A DNA stretch of 35,873 bases from NCBI GenBank assembly GCA_021735725.1, contig JAIPGS010000002.1, positions 1 through 35,873 on the forward strand, in the 5' to 3' direction. How positions within the stretch are numbered: position 1 is the first letter of the stretch; each line of letters opens with the position of its first letter. Under the pieces are notes generated by a model. That model was not told the origin of the DNA, ran no database searches, and worked only from the letters and a program-made list of their open reading frames with translations. The translations under genes were made by a program, and so were the position numbers. This DNA comes from Candidatus Babeliales bacterium (lineage in GTDB: Bacteria > Babelota > Babeliae > Babelales > CAIQNR01). This document shows positions 18,522 through 27,646 of the stretch, piece after piece.

Positions 18522-19847
18522 ATGATCAAATTGACCAATACGTTGACAGGACAAAAAGAAGAGCTTATACCTTCAGGTAAAGATGGGTTAACCTTTTACG
18601 CGTGTGGAATTACTCCTTCGGGATTTGCACATCTTGGCCATGGCCGTTGTTACGTTCTTTTTGATGTGTTGTATCGTTTTTTAAAATCACAAAATCAAAA
18701 AGTTACGTATTGCCGAAACATCACTGATATTGATGATAAACTTTTGCAAAAAGCAGAAGATCTTGGAGATAGACATCGTTACCAAGATGTTGCAGAAACA
18801 TATTTAAATGCTTTTTTTGAAGATATGGAATCATTAAATTGTTTATTTCCAGATCATCAACCACGGGCAACAGAAGTTATTCCTGATATTATACATTTTA
18901 TAGAAATACTTATTAAAAAAGGCCATGCATACGCTGTTGAGGGAGATGTTTATTTTGATGTGCAAAGTTCTCCTGAATATGGAAAATTGTCAAAAAGAAA
19001 TCTTGATGATTTAAAAGCTGGTGCACGGGTTGAAATTAATACAAAGAAAAAAAATCCTACAGATTTTGCTTTGTGGAAATCAGAACCGCAGGGTGAATTT
19101 TGGAACAGCCCATGGGGATTTGGTAGACCAGGATGGCATATTGAATGTTCTGTAATGGCAACAAAATTTTTAGGTAATACTATTGATATTCATAGTGGTG
19201 GAATGGATTTAATTTTTCCTCACCATGAAAATGAAATTGCTCAATCTGAAGGAGTTACTGGTGTTCCATTTGTAAAAAACTGGATGCATGTTGCTTTTGT
19301 TCGAATTGAAAAAGAAAAAATGTCTAAATCAACTGGAAATTTTTATACACTCAGAGATGTGTTTGATACATTTGATCCAATGGTTGTTCGCTTTTATATT
19401 TTAAAACATCACTATCGTTCTCCTATGGATTTTTCTATGGCAGACCTTGAAGCGGCTGAAAAAGCATATCGTAAATTATGCAAAGCATTTAATGTATCAG
19501 AAGAATGTAAAATCGATATGTCTTTGGCATGTTCACTCAAAACTCCTGTGATGTGTAAAATGATTAATTTTGTGCAAGACGATCTTAATACAGTTGGCAT
19601 GTGGGGAATTGTTTTTGAAAATCTTGATACTCTTGGCGATGAACTATGCACTGTAAAAGCTTTTATCCAAAATGTTTTAGGGCTTTCTTTAGATCCTCTT
19701 CCTGAAAAAATTATATGCATTACTCCAGAAATTCAAACAATTATTGAAGAGCGTGAAAAAGCACGAGCAGAAAAAAAATGGGAAAAAGCTGATATGCTCC
19801 GTGATAAATTAAAAGAACTTGGGTATGATGCTCAGGATACTAAATAG
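18522..19847 (+). CDS. cysS: Cysteine--tRNA ligase
   Basis: 441 aa. HIGH-type motif HLGHGRCY, the KMSKS motif, and the YACGITPSG and GWHIECS blocks typical of CysRS. Confidence 0.95.
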   Translation: MIKLTNTLTGQKEELIPSGKDGLTFYACGITPSGFAHLGHGRCYVLFDVLYRFLKSQNQKVTYCRNITDIDDKLLQKAEDLGDRHRYQDVAETYLNAFFEDMESLNCLFPDHQPRATEVIPDIIHFIEILIKKGHAYAVEGDVYFDVQSSPEYGKLSKRNLDDLKAGARVEINTKKKNPTDFALWKSEPQGEFWNSPWGFGRPGWHIECSVMATKFLGNTIDIHSGGMDLIFPHHENEIAQSEGVTGVPFVKNWMHVAFVRIEKEKMSKSTGNFYTLRDVFDTFDPMVVRFYILKHHYRSPMDFSMADLEAAEKAYRKLCKAFNVSEECKIDMSLACSLKTPVMCKMINFVQDDLNTVGMWGIVFENLDTLGDELCTVKAFIQNVLGLSLDPLPEKIICITPEIQTIIEEREKARAEKKWEKADMLRDKLKELGYDAQDTK

Positions 19848-19935
19848 AAATATTTCTTATGTATGGTTATACTTAATTCCTTTTCTTTTTTTATAATGAT
19901 TTTTTGAATCATCTTTATAAAAGAAAGAATTTTTT

Positions 19936-20646
19936 ATGGTTACATTTTTATTATTTATTGTATGTTTTTCATCTGTTGCTCAGCAAAATCCTTATTTTCT
20001 TGAAATCCCTATTCCCTATCCTCTTCGCCCTTCAATAAAAAAAGATACATCATCCTTTGAAGGAGATATTTTAAAATTATCTATTTCGGCAGAAGATACG
20101 GTAAGAGTAACTGTTTTAGCATCTGCAGCACCTGATAAATGTAGTAATGAAATTCCTCTTGAAAATATTTTTGTAGGAGCTGCATTATTTGAACAAGAAG
20201 AGTTACTTTTGAAAACAAAAGAAGAAATTATTAATGAACGCATCAAAGGAAAAAAAGAAAAAAATAGGATTCAAAGAACATACTGTGCTCTTCCTTTGTC
20301 AGAAGTTATGGGTATGATTTCTGAATTGAATAAAGGGAAAAGTGGAAATCTTAATTATTTAGGTAGAACATTAACTTTTTCGAAAGTGAAATTTAATGGA
20401 GCAAAAGGGCTCTTTTTATCTCCATCCTACTTACCAAGCAAGTCTCTTTATGCTCAAAATGATATGCCATTAAAAATACACTTTGATGAATTATTAAAAT
20501 TTTTGCAAAAACGTTTTTTTTCTGTAAATACAGCAGGGCGAATTTTTTTAAAATGGCAGGGTACTTCAATTGTAAAAAAGCAAGATTCATTATTTTTATT
20601 AGGAAAAGAAGATGATGATCCAGTAGGTATTTTTGTACAACAATAA
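19936..20646 (+). CDS. Hypothetical exported protein
   Basis: 236 aa with signal peptide MVTFLLFIVCFSSVAQQ. No family recognised. Confidence 0.55.
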   Translation: MVTFLLFIVCFSSVAQQNPYFLEIPIPYPLRPSIKKDTSSFEGDILKLSISAEDTVRVTVLASAAPDKCSNEIPLENIFVGAALFEQEELLLKTKEEIINERIKGKKEKNRIQRTYCALPLSEVMGMISELNKGKSGNLNYLGRTLTFSKVKFNGAKGLFLSPSYLPSKSLYAQNDMPLKIHFDELLKFLQKRFFSVNTAGRIFLKWQGTSIVKKQDSLFLLGKEDDDPVGIFVQQ

Positions 20647-20724
20647 TTTTTAGCTTAAGAGCATTAGTATAATACTTCAGTTAATTTAATGTGTTGGATT
20701 CATCATATTCTTTTTTTTAAAAAT

Positions 20725-21540
20725 TTACGAAGCAGCAATGGCTTTTAAATAGTTAGCAAATTGGGAATTTAATTCCGGAAGCAATCGAGGAGGAATTCCG
20801 GTAAAGATAAATGAGGTTCCTGCAATTGTTGCTTTACCAGAATGAGCATTAATATTTATATGTATTTGGGATGACAGGATTTTGTATCCAAGAAGTAATC
20901 CTGTAGCTAGAGCTACATAGTTAGCATATTCACATAAAGTTTCTCTTTTTTTACTGATCATTATTTTATCACGATATACTTCTAATCCAGCATCGAATCC
21001 AGCAAATAATCCTGCGCATATTAATGTAGTTTGAAAAAAATTAAGATCATAATAAAATTCCAAATTCTTTATAATTGCATATGGTATTATTATTGTAAAA
21101 GAATGAATAGCAGAAGAGAGTGCTATTGTTTTTATATCTGGCAAAATATCTTCATAAAAATCTTCTGCATAAAGTTCTGGAAATACGAGAGGATCTATCT
21201 TATTTTTGCATAAAGGGCATTGGCTGAAATTGTGTTTAATTACTTGTCTTATGCATTCAGTATGAAATTTATGTGTATGGTGGCATGTTAAAGTAGTAGT
21301 CCTGGGTGTTGTGGTCATGGAATCATAACAAACAGAACATAAGTCTTCTTCTAAATTTTCTTCTAAGTCTATTTCTTGATGATTGTTATAATATTTGTTT
21401 ATTCCATACCAGCTTATTGCTGCAATAGCTGCAATTCCACCACCAACAACTAAGGTATCTTTGTTTAATCCCATAGTTTGAGTTTCTTGCGAAATTGTTG
21501 AAAATAATAACCCGAGTAAAAATATTTTTTTAATATTCAT
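20725..21540 (-). CDS. Multi-pass membrane protein with a RING-H2 zinc finger (putative E3 ubiquitin ligase-like protein)
   Basis: I moved the start to the ATG at 21540 (MNIKKIFLLGLLFSTISQ), which has GGAGA 8-9 nt upstream. The protein has a TM helix (VVGGGIAAIAAISWYGI). The RING pattern is C-x2-C-x14-C-x3-H-x2-H-x2-C-x11-C-x2-C (CSVC...CHHTHKFHTEC...CPLC, nt 21208-21339). About four further hydrophobic segments follow it. Confidence 0.75.
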   Translation of the reverse strand: MNIKKIFLLGLLFSTISQETQTMGLNKDTLVVGGGIAAIAAISWYGINKYYNNHQEIDLEENLEEDLCSVCYDSMTTTPRTTTLTCHHTHKFHTECIRQVIKHNFSQCPLCKNKIDPLVFPELYAEDFYEDILPDIKTIALSSAIHSFTIIIPYAIIKNLEFYYDLNFFQTTLICAGLFAGFDAGLEVYRDKIMISKKRETLCEYANYVALATGLLLGYKILSSQIHININAHSGKATIAGTSFIFTGIPPRLLPELNSQFANYLKAIAAS

Positions 21541-21734
21541 ATTGAATTTCTCCATTAAAACTTTTTCTTTTTTTATCTACATATAATAATGTTACTAAAA
21601 AGAGGAGATACCTGCAACAGCCCCCCCATAAGCTTATTGTAGGCATTTTCAGACTTATTTTTTAAGAAAAGCAGAAAATATAATGCTTGGCAAAAAAAGA
21701 ATTTTAAGCTGGGTTTTGCAGAAATAAAATAAAG

Positions 21735-22211
21735 TTATATTTCTAGTACTCTTAAAAGTTGTTTATTAAATTCATCAAAACTCATGCTGCCTTCAAATAC
21801 TTTGATAACTTTATTATTAATGATTAATAAAAAGGTTGGAACACAATTTATGGTTACATTGTATTCTTTTTTTAAAAAATTAATGACAGGATCAGAATCT
21901 CTAAATGATTTCATCATTAATTTTGCAGCTTTTACTTTACCAGAAAAAGAAAGAGCAATTTTTTCAAAAGTGGGCATCATTCTTTGACATGGCCCACACC
22001 AATCTGCATGAATTTTGATTAAGAGGGGTTGTTTAGATTTTGAAAGTAATTGTAATGAATGAGGATCAACTATTACAATAAGATTTTCTTTTTGTGCTTG
22101 CTTAACAATTGTTTTTTTAGGTGCAATGGTTTTGACATTTTTTTTATGCTGAGAAAGTATATGAGTTGTTCCAAAAAATAATGTTAAACAAAGAAAAAAA
22201 ATCTTTTTCAT
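21735..22211 (-). CDS. Exported thioredoxin-fold protein (WCGPC active site)
   Basis: 158 aa. Signal peptide MKKIFFLCLTLFFGTTHILS, followed by a thioredoxin domain with HADWCGPCQRM. Confidence 0.8.
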   Translation of the reverse strand: MKKIFFLCLTLFFGTTHILSQHKKNVKTIAPKKTIVKQAQKENLIVIVDPHSLQLLSKSKQPLLIKIHADWCGPCQRMMPTFEKIALSFSGKVKAAKLMMKSFRDSDPVINFLKKEYNVTINCVPTFLLIINNKVIKVFEGSMSFDEFNKQLLRVLEI

Positions 22212-22285
22212 ATATGAACCTTTGAATCTTTTTAAAAATATGGTGCCTTTTTAGAAGACACCATTATAATCGAAAAAAATATATT

Positions 22286-22606
22286 TTAACCAATAAATTC
22301 TTCAATTTTATTTTTAAAATCTTCTTTTGCCATATAGCCAGTTTCTTTGTGTCTAATTTCACCGTCTTTAATGAATACAAAAGTAGGGACAGAAGTCACA
22401 CCATAGTGAATTGAAAGTTCACGTGCTTCATCAACATTTAATTTAGCAAATTTTACTTTATCACCAAGCTCTTTTTCTAGCTCATCAAAAAGAGGAGCCA
22501 TTTGTTGGCATGGTCCACACCAGGTAGCATAGACGTCTAAAATAACTGGTAAACCAGATTGATTGATTTCTAATTCTACATTTTCATTAGTGATTACTAC
22601 AGCCAT
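22286..22606 (-). CDS. trxA: Thioredoxin
   Basis: 106 aa. VILDVYATWCGPCQQMAP and GVTSVPTFVFIKDGE. No signal peptide. AAGGAA RBS. Confidence 0.92.
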   Translation of the reverse strand: MAVVITNENVELEINQSGLPVILDVYATWCGPCQQMAPLFDELEKELGDKVKFAKLNVDEARELSIHYGVTSVPTFVFIKDGEIRHKETGYMAKEDFKNKIEEFIG

Positions 22607-22715
22607 TGTTATTCCTTATAACCATAATGTGAGATCCTCAAATTTAAGAGGATATATCGTTTTTGACTCTTCATAAGATATAACAGAAATCAAAAAAAAA
22701 GCTATGAAAAAAAAT

Positions 22716-23273
22716 CTAAGCGGCAGGGGCTGGTGTGCTGTGATCAGGAGTTGTTGTATGGGTGGGGGCAGTATCGGGGGAAAGTGTTTTGTATCCTTTA
22801 ATATAAATTTTATCTACTGCTTGAAATGATAAATCTTTTTCAATTGCACCCGCACCATTAGTTTGATCACAAATAACACGTTTTGTTTTTTCAATAATAT
22901 AGCGTTGTGTTGTTTTTTTCTGATCGGCTGAAGTAATTATGACTTCAATATAGTGACGGCCATTAAAAGTTAAAAGAATATCAGGATGAGGAATTTCTAT
23001 CATTTCAATTTCATTAAGGTCAAGCCGTGTAATATTAATGCTCGGATCTATTTTTTGATGTAGTGGTTTTGCATAAAAGGGAATTTGTTTATAAAGTCCC
23101 GATATCGTAATGTTTTCTACCTCAAAATGACCTCCTGATGTATCAGTTAATGACCCATAAAAATTGATTTTAGGTTTTTCATGTCCAGAAATATTTGTGT
23201 CTTGTGAGCCAAAATTAGCACATAAAATAAAAGTTCCAAGAGCAAATAAAGGGGAAGAGTACTTATTTTTCAT
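22716..23273 (-). CDS. Hypothetical exported protein with a Pro/Thr-rich C-terminus
   Basis: 185 aa. AAGGAGA RBS, a hydrophobic N-terminus (SSPLFALGTFILCANFG) and the tail PDTAPTHTTTPDHSTPAPAA. Confidence 0.6.
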   Translation of the reverse strand: MKNKYSSPLFALGTFILCANFGSQDTNISGHEKPKINFYGSLTDTSGGHFEVENITISGLYKQIPFYAKPLHQKIDPSINITRLDLNEIEMIEIPHPDILLTFNGRHYIEVIITSADQKKTTQRYIIEKTKRVICDQTNGAGAIEKDLSFQAVDKIYIKGYKTLSPDTAPTHTTTPDHSTPAPAA

Positions 23274-23448
23274 TATTTTTTCTCCTTAAAAAGGTGGTAT
23301 TTTTCTTTAAGATATCAAATTAATAAAAATATAATCAATAGTATCGATAAGAAGAAAAGGAAGCTCTTGGAAAAAAAGACAAAAAGGAGTATAATAGCTG
23401 GAAAGGGTGGTATTTAAGTAAAATTTTTATTATATAAGGAGTCCATAT

Positions 23449-24144
23449 ATGTGGAACAATGAATATCAAGCAGTTTCTGTTGATTCTGTGCGTGATTTTA
23501 TGTATAAAGTATACGGTTGGATGTCTTGCGCTCTTGCAATTACTGCGGCAGTTGCATTTGGGATATCAAGTAGCCAGAGTGCGATGTCTTATATTTTAGG
23601 TACTCCGTTTCTTTTTATTGGACTGTTGATTCTGCAAGTGATAACTGTTGTTTTTCTTGCAGCTCGAGTTAAAGTACAAAGCTATTTTTCTTCAGTTCTT
23701 GCTTTTTTATTTTATTCAGCGCTTTCTGGTGTTACATTTTCAGTATATTTTTATATGTATACAGAGTCTTCAATTTATTTAACTTTTGCTATTACAGCAG
23801 GAATGTTTTTAACAATGGCTTTGTATGGACATGTAACAAAATCAGATTTAAGTTCAATGCATAGTTATTTGATGATGGGACTTTTTGGAGTTATGATTGC
23901 GACGATAGCAAATATATTCTTTCAAAGCCCAGCGGTGATGTATTACATTTCTCTTGTTGCTGTTGGAATATTTACGTTACTTACAGCATATAATGTACAA
24001 AAAATTAAACAACTTGCAATGATGCCAACAACAGATCTTGAAGGAAAAAATAAAAGAGCAATTCTTGGTGCATTAACGTTGTACTTAGACTTTGTAAATC
24101 TTTTTATTCATTTATTGCAATTATTTGGAAAAAGAAAAAGATAA
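23449..24144 (+). CDS. Bax inhibitor-1/YccA family inner-membrane protein
   Basis: 231 aa with about 7 TM segments. The N-terminal FMYKVYGWMSCALAITA motif and basic C-terminus (GKRKR) are typical of the BI-1/YbhL/YccA family. AAGGAG RBS. Confidence 0.85.
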   Translation: MWNNEYQAVSVDSVRDFMYKVYGWMSCALAITAAVAFGISSSQSAMSYILGTPFLFIGLLILQVITVVFLAARVKVQSYFSSVLAFLFYSALSGVTFSVYFYMYTESSIYLTFAITAGMFLTMALYGHVTKSDLSSMHSYLMMGLFGVMIATIANIFFQSPAVMYYISLVAVGIFTLLTAYNVQKIKQLAMMPTTDLEGKNKRAILGALTLYLDFVNLFIHLLQLFGKRKR

Positions 24145-24210
24145 ATTAAATATTAAAAATAAAAGGCTGTGGCTACGTAAAACCTCAGCCTTTTTTATTC
24201 AGGAAAAATT

Positions 24211-26085
24211 ATGATTCAGCTAAAAAATATTTGTCTTTCATTTGGGTCTCAGGTGGTATTTGATCATATTAATACTACATTTTCAGAAGATGAACGAATT
24301 GGTCTTGTAGGTAGAAATGGGTCAGGAAAATCTACACTTATTAAAGCAATCTCAGGAAATTTGAGACTTGATGATGGAAGTATTTCTGTTTCGGGAAAGG
24401 CACGTATTGCTTATATGCCTCAAGAAGTGGTAATGACAAGTGACAAATCAATTTTAGAAGAAGCATTAAGTTCGGTGAAAGATATTGGCCCTCTGAGAGA
24501 AAGAGCGCAACAATTAGAGTTATTACTTGAAAATGAAGATCCTGCTGTTGTAGAAGAATATGCACACATAATGGAACGCCTTGCAGAATTGCATGTTGAT
24601 GAAGCGGTAAGAAATACAAAAACGATGTTACAAGGTCTTGGGTTTAAAGAAAAACAATTGAATGATCCTGTTATGGCATTGAGTGTTGGTTGGCAAATGC
24701 GCGTGGTTCTTGCAAAACTTTTATTGCAGCAAGCGGATTTTTATCTTTTTGATGAACCTACAAACCATTTAGATATTGTTGCAAAAGATTGGTTTTTAGA
24801 ATTTTTACAGGATTCAAGTTTTGGATTTGTTCTTGTATGCCACGACAGATATTTTTTAGATAAATTAGCTAATCGAATAGTTGAACTTGATAGAGGCCTT
24901 GCTACAGATTATTATGGAAATTATGAAGATTATGAAGAGCAAAAAGAACGAAATTTATTATCGTTAAAATCAGCACATGCTTTGCAACAAAAAGAACTTA
25001 AACATAAAAAAGAATTGATTGAAAAATTTAAAGCAAAAGCAAGTAAAGCCAAAATGGCAAAAAGCATGCAAAAGTCTTTAGAAAAAATAGATATTATAGA
25101 AATTCCGCAAGATGCTCGGACTGTTCATTTTAATTTTCAAAACACTCAACGAGCAGGGCGCGTGGTACTGGAAGTTGAAAATGTAGCATTTTCATATGAT
25201 GCAAAAGAAATTTTTAAAAATGTAAGCTTTACTATTGAACGGGGCGAAAAAGTTGCATTAGTTGCTCCTAACGGTGTTGGGAAAACAACATTATTCAATA
25301 CTATTATTGGTAAAAATAAGTTGCAAACGGGGCGTGTTCATTTTGGACATAATGTTCATCCAGTTATTTTTGAACAAGAACAACATAAAATTTTGGATCC
25401 TAATAAATCAGTTGTAGATGAAGTTTTTGCTCATGTAAGTAATAAAACAGAACAACAGATCCGTTCATTTTTAGGGATGTTTCTTTTTTCAAAAGATTCA
25501 GTAAATAAAAAAACAAAAGTGTTGAGCGGTGGGGAACGGAATCGTTTAAGTATGGTAAAAGTACTTTTACAAGATGCGAATTTTTTGCTTTTAGATGAAC
25601 CTACAAACCACTTGGATATTCAATCAAAAGAAGTTCTTTTAAGGGCATTACAGCAATTTGATGGAACAATTTTCTTTGTATCGCATGATCATGATTTTAT
25701 GAATAAATTGGCAACTCGAGTTATTGAATTAACACCAAATGGAATTCATAGTTATTTTGGAAATTATGAAGAGTTTTTAATTCAAAAACATGCTGCTCAA
25801 GGTGAAAATTCTCATGATTCAGAAAAAAAATCAGGTAAAAAAGATACTTCTCTTTCTGAAAGCAAACAAGTTCGTATTAATAATAATGAAGATAAAAAAG
25901 AACTTCAGCGAGTTGAGCGTAAAATTTCTAGTTTAGAAAAAGAAATAGAAAAACTTAATTGCTCTTTTGGTGACTTAGAATACGGAACAGATGAATTTGA
26001 TCAGGTTCAAGAAAAAGTAACGATAAAAGAAAAAGAGTTAAAAGAATATACTCAGATATGGGAAAAATTGTCTGAGAAAGAATAA
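24211..26085 (+). CDS. ABC-F family ATPase (Uup/EttA-like translation-associated factor, no TM domain)
   Basis: 624 aa with two ABC cassettes. The first has GRNGSGKST, LSVGWQMR and LFDEPTNHLD. The second has APNGVGKTT, LSGGERNR and LLDEPTNHLD. A charged linker separates them, and the C-terminus is a coiled-coil tail. Confidence 0.92.
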   Translation: MIQLKNICLSFGSQVVFDHINTTFSEDERIGLVGRNGSGKSTLIKAISGNLRLDDGSISVSGKARIAYMPQEVVMTSDKSILEEALSSVKDIGPLRERAQQLELLLENEDPAVVEEYAHIMERLAELHVDEAVRNTKTMLQGLGFKEKQLNDPVMALSVGWQMRVVLAKLLLQQADFYLFDEPTNHLDIVAKDWFLEFLQDSSFGFVLVCHDRYFLDKLANRIVELDRGLATDYYGNYEDYEEQKERNLLSLKSAHALQQKELKHKKELIEKFKAKASKAKMAKSMQKSLEKIDIIEIPQDARTVHFNFQNTQRAGRVVLEVENVAFSYDAKEIFKNVSFTIERGEKVALVAPNGVGKTTLFNTIIGKNKLQTGRVHFGHNVHPVIFEQEQHKILDPNKSVVDEVFAHVSNKTEQQIRSFLGMFLFSKDSVNKKTKVLSGGERNRLSMVKVLLQDANFLLLDEPTNHLDIQSKEVLLRALQQFDGTIFFVSHDHDFMNKLATRVIELTPNGIHSYFGNYEEFLIQKHAAQGENSHDSEKKSGKKDTSLSESKQVRINNNEDKKELQRVERKISSLEKEIEKLNCSFGDLEYGTDEFDQVQEKVTIKEKELKEYTQIWEKLSEKE

Positions 26086-26093
26086 GTATAATA

Positions 26094-26129
26094 AAAAAGA
26101 AGCTTCTGATTTCAGAAGCTTCTTTTTTA
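26094..26129. terminator. Bidirectional rho-independent terminator
   Basis: Arms AGAAGCTTCTGA (26098-26109) and TCAGAAGCTTCT (26112-26123), preceded by an A-run and followed by TTTTTT. It lies between convergent genes. Confidence 0.8.
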
Positions 26130-26175
26130 TTTAGAATAGAAATGTAATTTTTATTATTATTTTTTGTTTTTCATT

Positions 26176-26631
26176 TTATACATCTGATGCATTGGGTCTG
26201 TCATTATTTTGATGAGCTCCATCTACAACAACTTCTGTTAATTCTCGTGATTGATTAATGTAATTTCTAGCACGTATTTTGCTTACTAATGATTCACATC
26301 CTGCAGCAATGTTTGTTGCTCCTAATGCCACAAGTATACCAGATGTATAAGGGTCAAGAGTTTGCGCTATTCCTAGTGCTACGATAGCTGTTCCTGCAGC
26401 CATATTAAAATATGAATTTACACGAGATTTGGCACTATATTCTTGTACAAGTTTTGTTACTTTAATGGGATTGATAGTGCTTTCTGTGAGCATGCTATTT
26501 TGTCTTATTTCAAGATGAGGTACTTCTACAGTAGAAGCGTGTTGTATTTCTAGTTGTCTTTCTGCTCCAAGAATATTTACAGTAAAGAATAGTGTTATAA
26601 GATTGGCTAGAAATGATACATTTTTTTTCAT
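26176..26631 (-). CDS. Hypothetical exported or membrane protein with a Gly/Ala-rich helical hairpin
   Basis: 151 aa. AAGGA RBS, a signal peptide (VSFLANLITLFFTVNILGAE) and the hydrophobic pair AAGTAIVALGIAQTLDPYTSGILVALGATNIAAG. Confidence 0.55.
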   Translation of the reverse strand: MKKNVSFLANLITLFFTVNILGAERQLEIQHASTVEVPHLEIRQNSMLTESTINPIKVTKLVQEYSAKSRVNSYFNMAAGTAIVALGIAQTLDPYTSGILVALGATNIAAGCESLVSKIRARNYINQSRELTEVVVDGAHQNNDRPNASDV

Positions 26632-26722
26632 TATAATCCTTTAAATTTCAAAATTTGAGTTACTTTTCTATTCAGAGACAAAGAAATACTTTATAAAAAT
26701 AATTTTGATTTTAAAAGTGTTT

Positions 26723-27628
26723 TTATAAAATAGCTGCATATTCTGCTGCCATAAATTCTAATACAGCTTGATTGCTTGCTTCTTCATCAATTTCTTGTTG
26801 CCGTTTTTTTTCTTTTTCTTGTGCAAGTGCTAATTGATCGGGAGATAAAGAATTTTTAAGCGGTTCTTTGCATAGTAAGCATTCTGTATATCCATGTTGT
26901 ATAATATTTTCAGAGCACTGTGTATGTAATCCATGTGAGCATGTAAATAAAAAGTTAGAATTGTCAGAAAGAGGCTCCATGCAAAGAGGGCATTCATTGT
27001 TCTCTTCAGGAAGGACGGCTGCAGCTGCTGATCGTGCAGATTCTTCAGAATGTAATTGTTCTGCACGTGCACGATGTTCTGAACGAGAACAGTCATTTTG
27101 TGCTTTATGTTCTTGTATTAAACGTCTGCATTCAATTCTTCCAGCAAGTTCTGCAACTTCTAAAGGTGTATGATTTGAATTATTCAAAAGATTTAATTGA
27201 ACATCATAGCTCAAAAGTATTTTTGTACATTTTTGATACCCCAATGAACATGCAAGGTGTAGTGGGGTTTGTTTTTTATCATCTTGTTGTGAAAAATTTG
27301 TTCGGGGATCAGTTTGTAATGTTCTAAGAATTGCGGGGTTTCCTGCTTTAACTGCATAATGTGCAGCCGTCATTCCGTATTCGTCAGGACGATTAGGATT
27401 AGCGGGGCTACCTTTTTGGGGGTAAAGGAGTTGTATGATGCGTTTAATATCTCCGTCTCTAGCTGCTCTGTGAAGATCTCCTTGTTTTCTTTCAATTAAA
27501 CGTCTTTTGTTTTGTGATTCTTCTGTAAAGCTTCCCGCGCGTTTAAATTCTAATTGATTGGTTCGGCGTTCAAGTGAAAATGAATGGGCAACGAGAGTAA
27601 CAGAAAACAAAAAAAATAATTTTTTCAT
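26723..27628 (-). CDS. Signal-peptide ankyrin-repeat protein with a C-terminal RING-H2 finger (putative secreted E3 ubiquitin ligase mimic)
   Basis: 301 aa. Signal peptide MKKLFFLFSVTLVAHSFS. About 4 ANK repeats, including LHRAARDGDIKRIIQLL, MTAAHYAVKAGNPAILRTL, TPLHLACSLGYQKCTKILL and TPLEVAELAGRIECRRLI. The RING pattern is C213-x2-C-x13-C-x-H-x2-H-x2-C-x11-C-x2-C253 (nt 26870-26992). Confidence 0.85.
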   Translation of the reverse strand: MKKLFFLFSVTLVAHSFSLERRTNQLEFKRAGSFTEESQNKRRLIERKQGDLHRAARDGDIKRIIQLLYPQKGSPANPNRPDEYGMTAAHYAVKAGNPAILRTLQTDPRTNFSQQDDKKQTPLHLACSLGYQKCTKILLSYDVQLNLLNNSNHTPLEVAELAGRIECRRLIQEHKAQNDCSRSEHRARAEQLHSEESARSAAAAVLPEENNECPLCMEPLSDNSNFLFTCSHGLHTQCSENIIQHGYTECLLCKEPLKNSLSPDQLALAQEKEKKRQQEIDEEASNQAVLEFMAAEYAAIL

Positions 27629-27646
27629 AGAAGTATATCCTTATGG

